A stretch of 64,000 nucleotides of DNA. It comes from Squalus acanthias. Taxonomy: Eukaryota. Numbering within the stretch: the first letter of the stretch is position 1; each line of letters begins with the position of its first letter. The notes under the pieces were generated by a model. The model did not search any database. It worked only from the letters and a program-made list of their open reading frames with translations, and was not told the origin of the DNA. The stretch is taken from assembly GCA_030390025.1 (NCBI GenBank), contig CM059432.1, positions 62,436,001-62,500,000 of the forward strand, read 5' to 3'. This document shows, piece after piece, positions 37,809 to 51,300 of this stretch. Both the position numbers and the translations under genes were made by a program.

Positions 37809-40800
37809 CTGCAAGAGCAGAAGTAAACAACGTGAGATTTAGTACAAAGCTTCCATCTTCTCCCCTCCCCCCGATGTTGCATCATCAGAACAACATTTCA
37901 CTGACAGAACCAAATTTGCAGTGGACAACCACATAAAACATGATCCTGGGAATTATAAATTTACTGGCCTGACACCTTTATCAGGAAACATGCTGCAGTC
38001 TGTTATTAATGAAGCAATTGAAGAGTATAGGCAATACTAATAGGAAAACACGGGTTTAAAGGAAGATAGGACATGCCGTAGTATTTGCAGGAACTTTGAG
38101 GATATAACTGGAAAATTGGGGCAAAAATTGTAGGCCATTGTGGATATGTATTTATATTCTCCATTGCTAAATCTGATTATTAAACTGTTTTGAAATGATA
38201 TCTAATCCCCCTTCCAGCTCATGGAACTGATCTTCTTTCGCACTTTCTTAACCCTACACTGGCACTACTGTCACCTTGTCCCCTCATCACTATATGCTGG
38301 CTCATTGTTGATTCTCTACGCCTTTGCAGCCGACTGACCACGCTATCCTCTTCCAACGCCTCTCCTCCGCGGTCCTGCCCTTGCAAGTTTCCACTCTTAC
38401 CTATCCAGTCGCAGCAAGATAATCTCTTGTAATGGCTTCTCTTCCTGACCCCACACCGTTACCTCTGGAGTTCTCCAAGGAATTATCCTTGACCTCCTCC
38501 TGTTTCTCAACAATTGCTGCCCCTCAGTGACATCATCCGAAAACACGTCAGGTTCCACATGCACGCTGACCACACCCAGTTCTACCTCACCACCACCTCT
38601 CTCGACCCCTCCACTGCCTCGGTTTTCAGGCTGCTTGTCCGACATCCATTCCTGGATGAGCCGGAATTTCCTCCAAATTAAGCATTAGGTAAACGCGAAG
38701 CCATTGTCGTGAGCCTCCAGACAAACTCCATTCCCTCGCCAGCGATTCCATCCCCCTCCCTGGCCACTGTCTCAGGTTGAACCAGACTATTCGAAATCTC
38801 TGTGTCTATTTGATCCTGATCTGAGCTTCCAACCCTATATGCTTTCTATCACAAAGACCGCCGACTGCCACCTCCATAACATTGCCCATCATCACCCCTG
38901 CATCAGCCCATCTGCTGCTGAAACCCTCATCGATGCTTCTGTTATCTCCAAACTCAACTATTCCAATGCTCTCCTGGCCGGCCTTACATCTTCCACCCTC
39001 CATAAACTTGAGCTCATCCAAAATTCTGCTGCCCGTATCCTAATCGCACCAGGTGCTGCTCACCCGTCACCCCTGTGCTCACTGACCTACATTGTCTCTC
39101 AGCCCACCAATACCTCAAATTTAAAATTCTCATCCTAGTGCTCAGATCTCTCCATGCCCTCGCTGTTCCCTATCTCTCTAACCTTCTCCAGCTCCTACAA
39201 CGTAACATAAGAACGTAAGAAATAGCAGCAGGAGTAGGCCATTTGGCCCCTCGAGCCTCCTCCGCCATTTAATAAGATCATGGCTGATCTGATCTTGGCC
39301 TCAACTCCACTTTCCTGCCCGCTCCCCATAAACCTTGACTCCCCTATAGTTCAAAAATCTGTCTATTGATACCTTAAATATATTCAATGACCCAGCCTCC
39401 AAAGCTCTCTGGGGTAGAGAATTCCAAAGATTCACGACCCTCAGAAGAAATTCCTCCTCATCTCCGTTTTAAATGGGCGACCCCTTATTCTGAAACTATG
39501 CCCCCTAGTTCCAGATTCCCCCACGAGGGGCAACATCCTCTCTGCATCTACCCTGTCAAGCACCCTCAGAATCTTATATGTTTCAATAAGATCACCTCCC
39601 ATTCTTCTAAACTCCAATGAGTATAGGCCCAACCTGCTCAACTTTTCTTCATAAGTCAACCCCCTCATCTCAGGAATCAACCTACTGAACCTTCTCTGAA
39701 CTGCCTCCAATGCAAGTATATCCCTCCTTAAATAAGGAGACCAAAACTGCACGCAGTACTCCAGGTGTGGTCTCACCAACGCCCTGTACAGTTGTAGCAA
39801 GACTTCCCTACTTTTATACTCCATCCCCCTTGCAATAAAGGCCAACATTCCATTTGCCTTCCTAATTACTTGCTGTACCTGCATGCTAACATTTTGTGTT
39901 TCATGTACTAGGACCCCCAGATCCCTCTGTACCGCAGCATTCTGTAGTCTCTCTCCATTTAAATAATATTTTGCTTTTTTATTCTTCCTACCAAAATGGA
40001 TAACCTCACATTTTCCCACATTATACTCCGTCTGCCAAATTTTTGCCCACTCACTTAACCTATCTATATCCCTTTGCAGATTCTTTGTGTACTCCTCACA
40101 ACTTGCTTTCCCACCTATCTTTGTATCAGCAGCAGATTTGGCTACATTACACTTGGTCCCTTCATCCAAGTCATTAATATAGATTGTAAATAGTTGAGGC
40201 CCCAGCACTGATCCCTGTGGCACCCCACTAGTTACAGTTTGCCAACCTGAAAAATTACCCATTTATCCCGACTCTCTCTTTTCTGTTAGTTAGCCAATCC
40301 TCTATCCATGCTAATATATTACCCCCAACCCCGTGAGCTCTTATCTTGTGCAGTAACCTTTTATGTGGCACCTTATCGAATGCCTTCTGGAAATCCAAAT
40401 ACACGACATCTACTGGTTCCCCTTTATCCACCCTGCTCATTAGAACATAAGAAATAGGAGCAGGAGTAGGCCATTCGGCCCTTCGAGCCTGCTCCACCAT
40501 TCAATGAGATCATGGCTGATCTTCTGCCTCAATTCCATTCACCAGCCTTATCACCATATCCCTTGATGCCCTTACTAGTCAGAAATCTATCGACTTCTGT
40601 TTTGAATATACCCAATGACTGAGCCTCCACAGCCCTCTGGAGTAGAGAATTCCAAAGATTCACCACCCTCTGTGTGAAGAAATTTCTTCTCGTCTCAGTC
40701 CTGAATGGCCTACCCTTTATCCTGAGGCTGTGGCCCATGGTTCTAGACTCCCCAGCCAAGGGAAACATTCTCCCAGCATCCACCCTATCAAGCCCTGTAA

Positions 40801-42143
40801 TAATTTTGTATGCTTCAATGAGATCCCCTCTCATTCTTCTGAATTCAAGAGAATACAGGCCTCGTTTACTCAATCTCTTCTCATACGACAGTCCCGCCAT
40901 CCCAGGAATCAATCTCGTGAACCTTCGTTGCACTCCCTCTGTGGCAAGTATATCCTTCCTTAGGTAAGGAGACCAAAATTGTACACAGTACTCCAGGTGT
41001 GGTCTCACCAAGGCCCTATATAATTGGAGTAAGACTTCTTTACTCCTGTACTCAAATCCTCTTGTAATGAAGGCCAGCATACCATTTGCCTTCCTAATGG
41101 CTTGCTGCACCTGCACATTCACTTTCAGTGACTCATGTACAAGGACACCCAGGTCCCTTTGAGCATCTGCATTCCCCAATCTTTCACCATTTAGGAAATT
41201 CTCTGCCTTTGTTTTTTCTACCGAAGTGGATAACTTCACATTTATCCACATTATAATCCATCTGCCATGTTCTCGCCCACTACTCACTGAGCCTGTCAAG
41301 ATCCCCTTGAAGCCTCTTCACATCTGACACTGCCACCTAGCTTTGTGTCATCAGCAAATTTGGAAATGTTACATTTAGTCCCCTCATCCAAATCATTGAT
41401 ATAGATTGTGAATAGCTGGGGCCCAAGCACCGATCCTTGCGGTACCCCACTAGTCACAGCCTGCCATCCTGAAAAAGACCCGTTTATCCCTACTCTGTTT
41501 TCTGTCTGTTAACCAATTCTCAATCCATGCTTGTATATTACCCCCAATTCCATGTGCCCTAATTTTGTTCACCAACCTCTTGTGTGGGACCTTATCGAAG
41601 GCCTTCTGAAAATCAAAATACACCACATCTACCGGTTCCCCTTTGTCTACTCCACTAGTTACATCCTCAAAGAACTCCAATAGGTTTGTCAAACAGGACT
41701 TCCCTTTCATAAATCCATGTTGACTCTACCCAATCTTACTACTAGTTTCGAAGTGCCCAGTTATTGCATCCTTTATAATAGATTCCAGCATTTTCCCAAC
41801 TACTGATGTGAGGCTAACAGGTCTGTAGTACCCCGTTTTCTCTCTCCCTCCTTTCTTAAATAGCGGGGTTACATTTGCTATCCTCCAATCTGCAGGAATC
41901 GTTCCAGAATCTATAGAATTTTGGAAGATGACAACCAATGCGTCCACTATCCCAATGGCCACCTCTTTCAAAACCCTAGGATGTAGATCATCTGGTCCTT
42001 GAGATTTATCGACTTTTAGTTCCATGATCGACTTTTAGTCATATTAATTTTGCTAGGATTTTACATCCTCAAAGAACTCCAGCAAATTTGTTAAACATGA
42101 TTTCCCTTTCATAAACCATGCTGACTCTGCTTGATTGTATTAT

Positions 42144-42363
42144 TGTGAGAAGTCGCACAACACCAGGTTATAGTCCAACAGTTTTATTTGAAATCACAAG
42201 CTTTCGGAGCGCTGCTCCTTCGTCAGGTGAAGTCGACTTCACCTGGCGAAGGAGCAGCGCTCCGAAAGCTTGTGATTTCAAATAAATCTGTTGGACTATA
42301 ACCTGGTGTTGTGCGACTTCTCACATTTGTCCACCCCAGTCCAACACCGGCATCTCCACATCA
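42144..42363. mobile_element. Fold-back Penelope-type terminal repeat insert with hammerhead motif
   Basis: 182-bp palindrome 42144-42325 plus tail; 12-bp TSD tgattgtattat (42132-42143 / 42364-42375). Confidence 0.8.
42194..42230 (-). ncRNA. Minimal type I hammerhead ribozyme motif
   Basis: UCAC CUGACGA A GGAGC agc GCUCC GAAA GC UU GUGA. Confidence 0.7.
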
Positions 42364-43466
42364 TGATTGTATTATGATTTTCTAAATGTCCTGCTACTAC
42401 TTCCTTAATAATGGACTCCAGCATTTTCCCAATGACAGATGTTAGGCTAACCGGTCTATAGTTTCCTGCTTTCTGTCTCCCTCCTTTCTTGAATAGGGGC
42501 ATTACATTTACGGTTTTCCAATCCGATGGGACCTCTCCAGAATCCAGGGAATTTTGGTGGATTACAACCAATACATCCACTATCTCTGCAGCCACTTCTT
42601 TTAAGACCCTGGGATGCAGGCCATCAGGTCCAGGAGACTTGTCCACCTTTAGTCCCGTTAGTTTGCCTAGTACTTTTTCTCTAGTGATAATGATTGTTTT
42701 AAGTTCCTCCCTCCCGATAGCCCCTTGATTATCTATTATTATTACAACCCTCCAAGAACTCTGCGTTCCTCCAACTCTAGCCTTTTATACATCCTGCACT
42801 CCCTTCACCCTACCATTAGCGGCCGTGCCTTCAGCCATCTAGGCCCTAAGCTCTGTAATTCCCTCCCTTAACCTCTCTCTCTTCCTTTAAGATGTTCCTT
42901 AAAATCTGCCTCTCTGCTTAAGGTTTTATTCACCTCTCCGAATACCTCCTCCTTTGGCTCAGTGTGAATCTTGCCTGGGAAGTGCCTTTGGACATTTTCC
43001 TATGTTAAATTGCTATATAAATGTAAGTTGTTGTTCATGCCATGTTCGCCCTGTTCACGCTGGCACTATTCTATCCGCTCCACCCTGATTTACACCGGCA
43101 CTTTTCCCTTCTTCCTCAATTCATACTAGCACTGTTCTTCCCAGCCCTCCACTCGTTCAAACCAACAGTCATTCCCCTCCTTTCAACTAAGTTCATGCTG
43201 GCATTCTTCTCTTCTCCCTCCTCTGCTCTTCTTAATTCGCACTGCCACTCTTTTCCCCTCCTTCGCTCCTCCCAGTTCACAGAACTGATCATCCATGATT
43301 CACCCTTCACTGCCACTTTCAACCTAATGCTAATGCTGCTCTGGAGATCAACCAATGCTGCTGCCTGCTGTAGTAGGGAATTCTTGATCTTGCAACAGTT
43401 TTCTCTGAGGGGCAAGTTGGACACCACAGCAGGACAATTTTCACGGATTCAATGATTAAAAACATA

Positions 43467-44299
43467 GGGGGTGATTTTCTCAATGGGGAGCTTTTGGCGG
43501 CGGGACTCCCACTTGTCGGGTTTCAGTCCCGCCTTCATCAACTTCTGGCCAACCCATGCTATTTTCCCTTGATTGACCTTGCTAAGCCTGCCCAGCAGGC
43601 CAATTAAGGGAAAGCCGGTTGCAGAGAACATCAACGTATGACGTTTCATCTGTCAAAAATATTTGACAGATGAATTGTCATCGTTTGACAGCTCTGTGAA
43701 GCTGTCAAACATTGACATTCGCTGTAGTTTGATGAGGTCTTGAATTCAAGACCTCATCAAACCTCTTTCTTTTACAGAAATGAGATGGTTGTTGCATCTG
43801 AGAATGCAATGGCTATGTCATCTGCAACGCGGAGGTCCGAGACTCGCCGCATACCCACCGACTGAAGCCTGCAGGAAGAAACAAAGGTAAGTACACTTTT
43901 ACTAACACTTTGCACTTACCTCAGATACTCACCTCTCCACTCTTGCACCCATCACTTACCTTCACAGCACACTTTTGCACCCCCCCCCCCCCCCCCCCCG
44001 CCGCCCCCGCAGTCCCCCTACTCGTCTCGGTGACCTGGCGGGTTTCGGAGCCTTCGGGAAGCCCGCACTTGAGGGCAAAAAGGGGATAATCCTATTTTCT
44101 GCTGGTTAACTACCGGCAGTTAATAGGCTTTAATCCCTTCCCTTCCCGCCTCCAAGGAGACGGGTCCCGGCGCGGGATGGCTACCCGCCTCCTGGGAAGA
44201 TGGCACAGAGGCGGGTTGGGCACCCGCCCCCAAATTCTGCCATTTTCCCGGCAGTCCCGCCTCCATACCCGCCTCCCCAGGGCTGGCAAAATCACGCCC
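43467..44299. mobile_element. PIF/Harbinger-like MITE (related to 61800-62501)
   Basis: TIR gggggtgatttt / aaaatcacgccc, TSD ata/aca, internal tgacag/ctgtca hairpins. Confidence 0.7.
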
Positions 44300-44518
44300 A
44301 CAGTTGCGATTTTCCCTGGATACAACAGAATTAATGGAGAAGGACAAAACGGAAAATGCTGGAAATACACAGCAAGTTCAACATCTGAAAAGTGAGATAG
44401 ATTAAAATTTCAGATGTAGACCTTCACCTTGATGAGCACAAAAATTATATTTTAATTGTCCAATGGAGCAAATTGCAAACTGTACATTGAATGCAAAAAT
44501 ATATAAATAGAAACTCAC

Positions 44519-44773
44519 CCAGGAGTTCATTGGGTTTGACCATACGCAGCCCTATGAATGTATTGTAACAGTCTAGAGCTGCCAGAAACATATCCATCCA
44601 CTGCAGGGTAGCTCTTACACTGAAGGGCTCTTGTAGATCATTAAGTGTGGGATGAAAAATTATTCCTGAACATTTGTCGTGGTCATTCCCAGCACCCTCA
44701 AACTTATTAACCAGAAATGAAACATCGTTCTTCTTTAGAATTTCATCCAACCAAGATGATGGTGTTTTGCTTC
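44519..44773 (-). CDS. PRKDC: DNA-PKcs exon 8/23 (255 bp)
   Basis: SKTPSSWLDEILK...WMDMFLAALDCYNTFIG...NELLG; tag/gtgag. Confidence 0.95.
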
Positions 44774-44910
44774 CTAAAAACAAATACAGACGGCACTTAC
44801 AAATACTGGTTACAATTTATTCAAGTCATATAACAACTTGAAACAGCGGTGGAAAATCTGACAGCACAATGGTACTGTGGAGTGCCAATGCACAATGCCA
44901 CTACTAATGT

Positions 44911-44945
44911 CCACCCCAGTCCAACACCGGCATCTCCGCATCATG
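44911..44945 (+). mobile_element. 35-nt terminal stub of the 42.1-kb element family
   Basis: ccaccccagtccaacaccggcatctccgcatcatg between 11-bp direct repeats actactaatgt. Confidence 0.8.
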
Positions 44946-45513
44946 ACTACTAATGTAGTGCAAGTTGAGTTTGCAGTATCCGCTGCATTGTTTTGGGAGG
45001 CACGGAGTGGGAGCTAGGCATCTAGAAGAAACAAGGAACAGAAAACTGGAGGGAGGGAGAACATTCTTGTGCTTCATGGTAGCCAGTTCAAAGTGACACC
45101 AGCACAGCGTGTTAGCAGATCACCATCTCAACCATGGTTCATGCATGAGCCAAAGAGACCAGTGAAACCTCTGGGGCAAAAGAGAGAGATTCATACACTC
45201 AGAAATTTATTTTTAAAAGTAACAGAAAAGCTTAAGAGTTCTTTCAGGTGAATTAATCAATCCTGGAAGACCCTGAAACTAAATGAATTGAAATTGAAAA
45301 ACAGTAGTTAAGGAAAAATGTTGTGCAGTACTTAGTAAACAAACTGTATAACTGACAGAAACATTGTAGCAATACTTCATTAACATGTCAAAGTTGCATG
45401 CAACTTCAATATTTTCTGCTATTTTTCTAAAAAAGAAATTACAGAGATAAAAGAAATTAAAGACATATTTATGATAAAATATAGGTTTTCCTTTTAAAAA
45501 ATAAAAAACACAC

Positions 45514-45647
45514 CTGGCAAAAGGGGAACTAGCTCATAAAAGAGTTCCATGCATTTGTGCCGACACTCTGTTTGGGGTCGTCCACATTGAGCCAACAGCC
45601 ACATGACAATTTCTGTTAAACACACTGACTGATCAGAGGAAAACCCC
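45514..45647 (-). CDS. PRKDC: DNA-PKcs exon 7/23 (134 bp)
   Basis: [45 protein letters not shown]; cag/gtgtg. Confidence 0.95.
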
Positions 45648-47066
45648 CTGTAGAAACCAAATGTAAAAGATATAAAGAACATTATAGTATAGTCACAATT
45701 CTGTAGATTTTTTTTTTATAAATAGCTACCTGTTCACACTCCTTAGTATAGATATCAGAGACACTAGTTGTGCAAATTATTGCCAGGAGCAATTTTTGTT
45801 TCCAGATTATTCCAAGTCACAAGGTTTAGGCTTTAGGAGTTTCTCAGTCCTTAAATTTGCAAAGCTCTTTTCACACCATCACAAAAAAAACTTTTTTTTT
45901 CTCACAGGTATTGCTTCACATTTTATTTTTTTTCCCGTCTCCACTCTTCTGTCTTGTGCACAGTTCTACAGTTGAGAAAATATTGAGGAGGCCTGCTATA
46001 AGGCTCTTATCTAGACTCTCCTTGAACTTGGTGGTTGGAGCTACATGTGCGTGGATTTCTAACCCAATTTTACCTCTCTTCCAGTGAGCAAGTACCTGGC
46101 CTCTTAATTAACATCTTACCATTCTGTATTTAGGGTACTGCAATCTGCAGGTCAACTTCACTCGGCAACAGCACACTGAAGTGTCAAGACAACACTGCCT
46201 TATCACATGAATAACTTCAAATTAGGAACGGTTTCCATCACAGCATGTATGGTGCGGAGGTTTCAGTAGGTTCCGTGGCTTCTCTGAATAAGATGGCCAA
46301 TTTAGTGTCAAACTAGATACAATTTTAAGCTGTGACCATTAGCAATTGTTAAAAGACTGTTCCAACTACTTTTGCATAGCCAGAAGAGAGTTCCATCTGG
46401 TTATTCTGGGGATGGAGTCGAACTTTGGTTCCAGAGTGCAAAGGATAACGCCTAGATGGCTGTGCTATCCTGCCCACTATTTAAAGACTGGTACACAAGC
46501 TTCTTCGATAACTTAGCAAGTTTATCCAGTGTGTAGCTAAGTCATACAGACCAGAAAGGTTACCAGGTTTGACCCTCCTCCCCATGTACCGAGTTAGCTA
46601 TCTTAGCCGGGACTGTGGTGGAGACAATGCATTTGGTCTCGGTGCCCTTGGGTTAGGGGAGGGCGGGGGGGGCGGGGGGGGAGCAAATTAACCAGGATTC
46701 GCAATCCTGATCATCCACACATGTATTTACAAGAGGGGTCAAGAGTGAAAACAAAATTGCGTTTAGTTGTGATGTCATCCAGTCAAATATCCTGCTGAAA
46801 TTCACCGTCAAGGTTGACACAGGAATGGTGATCACTTGAGTGGAGTACTGGAGGATGTCTGGCATCCATGGACCTGTTCTCCATCAAGAAATCAACAATT
46901 TTTTTGGGGAGCAGGGCGTGGGGAAGAGAAGGGTCAAATAAACTGACCTAATAAATTTAAAACAAGAAAAAAAAATATTGTTTCATATGCAATGGACTTC
47001 TTTTGGCAGCATGCACAATCCCTTTTTGAATCAAGTTGAAAAGTTCACAATAAACAATACACAAAC

Positions 47067-47166
47067 CTGGGCACCCGCCTTTTTACGGGTATATTCAAAA
47101 CAGGAGCTTTCTGTTTGATAATCCGTTTCAGATGATCAATAGCATCACAGCACTGCTGAACTGTAC
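47067..47166 (-). CDS. PRKDC: DNA-PKcs exon 6/23 (100 bp)
   Basis: [33 protein letters not shown]; tag/gtttg. Confidence 0.93.
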
Positions 47167-47354
47167 CTACACAGGGAAATTACCAATTGTTTTGATTAGT
47201 AACAATTTATTTTAAAATAAAGAACAATCCTCAGCAATATGAATGTCAGGGATTTTAATTATTTTTTAATTGGAATTATGCCATTTTTCCCAATTCACAG
47301 CAAAGGTGTTCAAGTTGAATAAAACAAAATAATAGAACATAAACCGCTTCAACC

Positions 47355-47690
47355 ATTACAACAACTTGTATTTATATAGCGTCTTTAACGTAGTAAAACA
47401 TCCCAAGGCGCTTCACAGGAGTGTTATAAAACAAAGTTTGACACCGAGCTACACAAGGAGAAATTAGGGCAGATGCTTGGTCAAAGAGGTAGGTTTTAAG
47501 GAGCGTCTTAAAGGGGGAAAGAGAGGTAGAAAGGCAGAGAGGTTTAGGGAGGGAATTCCAGAGCTTAGGGCCTAGGCAGCTGAAGGCACGGCCACCAATG
47601 GTTGAGCAATTAAAATCGGGGATGCTCAAGAGGCCAGAATTAGAGGAGCGCAGATATCTGTGAGGCTGGAGGAGATTACAGAGATAGGGA
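47355..47690 (-). mobile_element. L2 3' fragment
   Basis: GGRAFSCLGPKLWNSLP..FKTLLKTYLF and L2 tail. Confidence 0.85.
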
Positions 47691-48036
47691 TTAAAGATAA
47701 ATAAAACCCGAAGTAGTTTAGTAGCAATGTACTAATGTTTTTTAAAGTTGACATTTCAGTCTTACAGATAGTTTATTGGGACAGTATGCACAATTCTCAG
47801 GAAAAAATCTCACATGCTGAAGTCACTTTTGAAGCATTGCAGACACGACCAGTTCGTATTCATGAATTAATGGAGGGACAGACAAATAGGCAGACACTGT
47901 CAAAACATAAATCCACTTCCTTCCAGAAGAAGGGTAGCAAGGTTAAAATAAGACAGTTAACAATGCCTTAAAAATGATAATGCGTTAGCATGGCTGCATA
48001 CCAGATAAATTACAGTTGATCTGACAAAGAACCTAC

Positions 48037-48131
48037 CCAATGATTTATCATCTGCATGTGCTAGAGCAAGGCTTTCCACATACACAATCAATACTTCAAA
48101 CACAAACTGGTCAACCAACGCACTTTCTTCC
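48037..48131 (-). CDS. PRKDC: DNA-PKcs exon 5/23 (95 bp)
   Basis: [32 protein letters not shown]; tag/gtagg; phases fit neighbours. Confidence 0.95.
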
Positions 48132-48337
48132 CTAGAAAAATAGAAAAGTGTCACTGCTAGTAATTACCAAATAAAATAAATCCTGAGCTTATTCGTACAT
48201 CAGTGTGTCAGATGGCTCTGTTTAGGTATACGATGTTTAGAGGTGTACTTTGCTCAGGAAAATAAAATCCCCCATCGAGTGCTAAATAATCAACCCTTGC
48301 TTCTAATCTGTGCGTCAAATGCAAATATACAGCTATC

Positions 48338-51300
48338 TACAACAACAACAACTTGCGTATATATAGCACCTTTAACATAGAAAGCGCCCCAAGACATTTT
48401 GCTGGGGGGGGGGGGGGGAGATGAACAAAATAGATAAAGAAACAGACATCAAGTAATAGAGAGTTGGGAAGATAACCAACAGCTTGTTTGAAAAGATGGG
48501 TTTCAGAAGATTTTTAAAGATGGAGTGGTAAGGCCAAGGCAGTTGATTCAACAACAACAATTTGCATTTATATAGCGCCTTTAACATAGTAAAACATCCG
48601 AAAGAGCTTCCCAGGAGCGTTATCAAACAAAATTTGGCACCGAGCCACATAAGGAGATATTAGGGCAGATGACCAAAAGCTTGGTCGAAGAGGTAGGTTT
48701 TAAAGAGTGTCTTAAAGGAGAAAAGAGAGGTAGAAAGGCAGAGAGGTTTGGGGAGGGAATTCCAGAGCTTAGGGCCTCGGCAGCTGAAGGCACAGCCAAC
48801 AATGGTTAAGCGATTATAATCAGGGATGCTCAAGAGGCCAGAATTAGAGGAGCGCAAATATCTCGGGGGTGGGGGGGGGGGGGGTTGTGGGACTGAAGAA
48901 GATTACAGAGATAAGGAGGGGCGAAGCCATGGAGGGATTTGAAAACAAGGATGAGAATTTTAAAATCGAGGGGTTGCTTAACCGGGAACCAATGTAGGTC
49001 AGCGAGCATGGGCGGGGGGAAACAGGACTTGGTGCGAGTTAGGATACGGCCAGCAGAGTTTTGGATGGACTTAAGTTTATGGAGGGTGGAAGATGGGAGG
49101 TCGGCCAGGAGTGTGTTGGAATAGTCAAGTGTAGAGGTAACAAAGGCTTGGATGAGGGTTTCAGCAGCAGATGAACTGAGGCAGAGGCAGAGTCGGGCGA
49201 TGTTATGGAGGTGGAGGTAGGCGGTCTTGCGTTGGCATGGATATGTGGTTGGAAGCCCATCTCGGGCTCAAATACAACACCAAAGTTGCAAAAAGTTTGG
49301 TTCAGCCTCAGACAGTTGCCAGGGAGAGGGATGGAGTCAGTGGCAAGGGAATGGAGTTTGTGGTGGGGACCGAAGACAATGGCTTTGGTCTTCCCAATAT
49401 TTAATTGGAGGAAATTTCTGCTCATCCAGAACCGGATGTCGGACAAGCAGTCTGACAATTTAGAGACAGTGGAGGGGTGGAGAGGTACAGCTGGTGTCGT
49501 CAGCGTACATGTGTAACCTGATGTATTTTCGGATGATGTCACCGAGAGGCAGCATGTAGATGAGCAATAGGAGGGGGCCAAGGATAGATCCTTGGGGGAC
49601 TCGAGAGGTAATGGTGCGGGAGTGGGATGAGCAGCCACTGCAGCTGATTCTCTGGCTACGACTGGATAGATAAGAATGAAACCAGGCAAGGGCAGTCCCA
49701 CCCAGCTGGACGACGGAGGGGAGGTGTTGGAGGAGGATGGTGTGGTCAACCGTGTCAAAGGTTGCAGGCAGGTCGAGGACAAGAAGGGATAGTTTACCAG
49801 TCACATAGGATGTCATTTGTGACTTTGCTAAGAGTCGTTTCGGTACTGTGGCGGGCTGGATCCTGATTAGAGTGATTTAAACATGGAGTTACGGGAAAGA
49901 TGGGCATGGATTTGGGAGGCAACAGCATTTTCAAGGCCTTTGGAGAGGAAAGGGAGGTTGGAGATGGGGCAGTAGTTTGCAAAGACATTGGCTTTTTGAA
50001 GAGTGGGGGTGATGGTAGCAGATTTGAAGGGGAGGTGGACAGTACCTGAGAGAGAACCGTTAACAATATCAGCTAACTGGGGGCCAGGAAGGGATGGCCA
50101 ATGGTGGGACGAAGGGTAAGCAGGATGCACAAAGGCCAGAGTTGGAGAATCGAAGAAGGTCTATGAGGGTTCAGGATATTGCAGAGATAGGGTGGGACAC
50201 GGCTGTAGAGGGATTTTAAATTCAATGCACTGGGGGACAAGGTGCCAACGTAGGTCAGCGAGTATTGGGAAGATGGATGAGCAGGACTGAGTGCAGTATA
50301 CATTATGGATGGCTGAATTTTGGCAAGTTGGACTTTATGAAGGGTGGATACTAGAAAAAACTAGTCTAGATGTGATAAAAGCTTTGATAATGGTTTCAGG
50401 AGCAGTGGGGCTGAGGTAGGGGTGGAGGCAGGCAATTTTGCAATGGTGGAAGCAAATAACGTTTGAGGATAGGGAATGGGGGTTTGAAGTTCAGCTCTGG
50501 GTCGAATAGGATGCCAAGGTTCCGCGTGGTCTGACTCACTGAGCAAGTGGCTATGGCGAGGGAATGGAGTCAATGATGAAGGAGTGGCATTTATAATGAT
50601 GGCCGAAAATGATGGCTTCAGTCCTCCCAATATTCATTTGGAGGATATTTGGCACAATTTGATGTTGGGCAGGCAATCTGACAGCACAGAGGTGGTCATG
50701 GGGTCAAGGGAAGGAATGCAGAAGTAGAGCTGGATATCAGCTGTGCTTGGAGAGGATGGCCTTGAAGGGCAACATATAGATAAGGAAGAAGAGGACGTCA
50801 AGGGTAGATTCCCAGGGGACTCCAGAGGTGGTTGCATGGGGCTGAAAGAGAAATAATTATTGGAGATGTGCTGGCTGCGTTTGGACAAGTAGGAATGGAG
50901 CTACATGAGTGTAGTCCCAAGGAGCTGGACAACAGAAGGAGGCAATAGAGGAGGATAGCATGGCTGAGGAGGACAAGGAAGGAGGGCAAATCGCAGTTAC
51001 AGAGGATACCATTTATGACTTTGGCTAGAGTGTTCTTGAGACTATAAACAAGGACTGAAGGGGTTCGAACAGGGAATCTTGGGAGATTTGACTATGGAGC
51101 CGGGAGGTAAAAAAATATTCAAATATCTTAGAGAGAGGGGAAGTTACAAATGGGGTGGTATTGGAGAGGATACATCACGGGTGGATTTTTTTTTGAGGTG
51201 GGGTGATAATAGCGGTTTTGAAAGACGGACAGTGCTTGAGCATAAAGGACTCATTAGTGTCAGGAAGTATGGGGTCAGGAGGGTAATTGAGTGACTAAGA

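Larger units (their letters stand above)
39202..42742 (-). mobile_element. CR1 LINE containing a second CR1 (~40443-42055) and a palindromic insert
   Basis: RT ORFs 39441-40262, 40529-41299, 41450-42025, 42296-42646; second 3' tail begins at ~40443. Confidence 0.9.
38320..43035 (+). mobile_element. L2 LINE relic split by nested insertions (39202-42742)
   Basis: L2 motifs 38320-39201, resumes at 42743; TSD tacaac at 39196-39201 / 42743-42748. Confidence 0.8.

Noticed and set aside
43978..48890. Poly-C/poly-G runs (~43980, 46665, 48403, 48870) as functional G-quadruplexes
   Set aside because: At least three lie in repeat relics, run lengths are error-prone, and there is no other support
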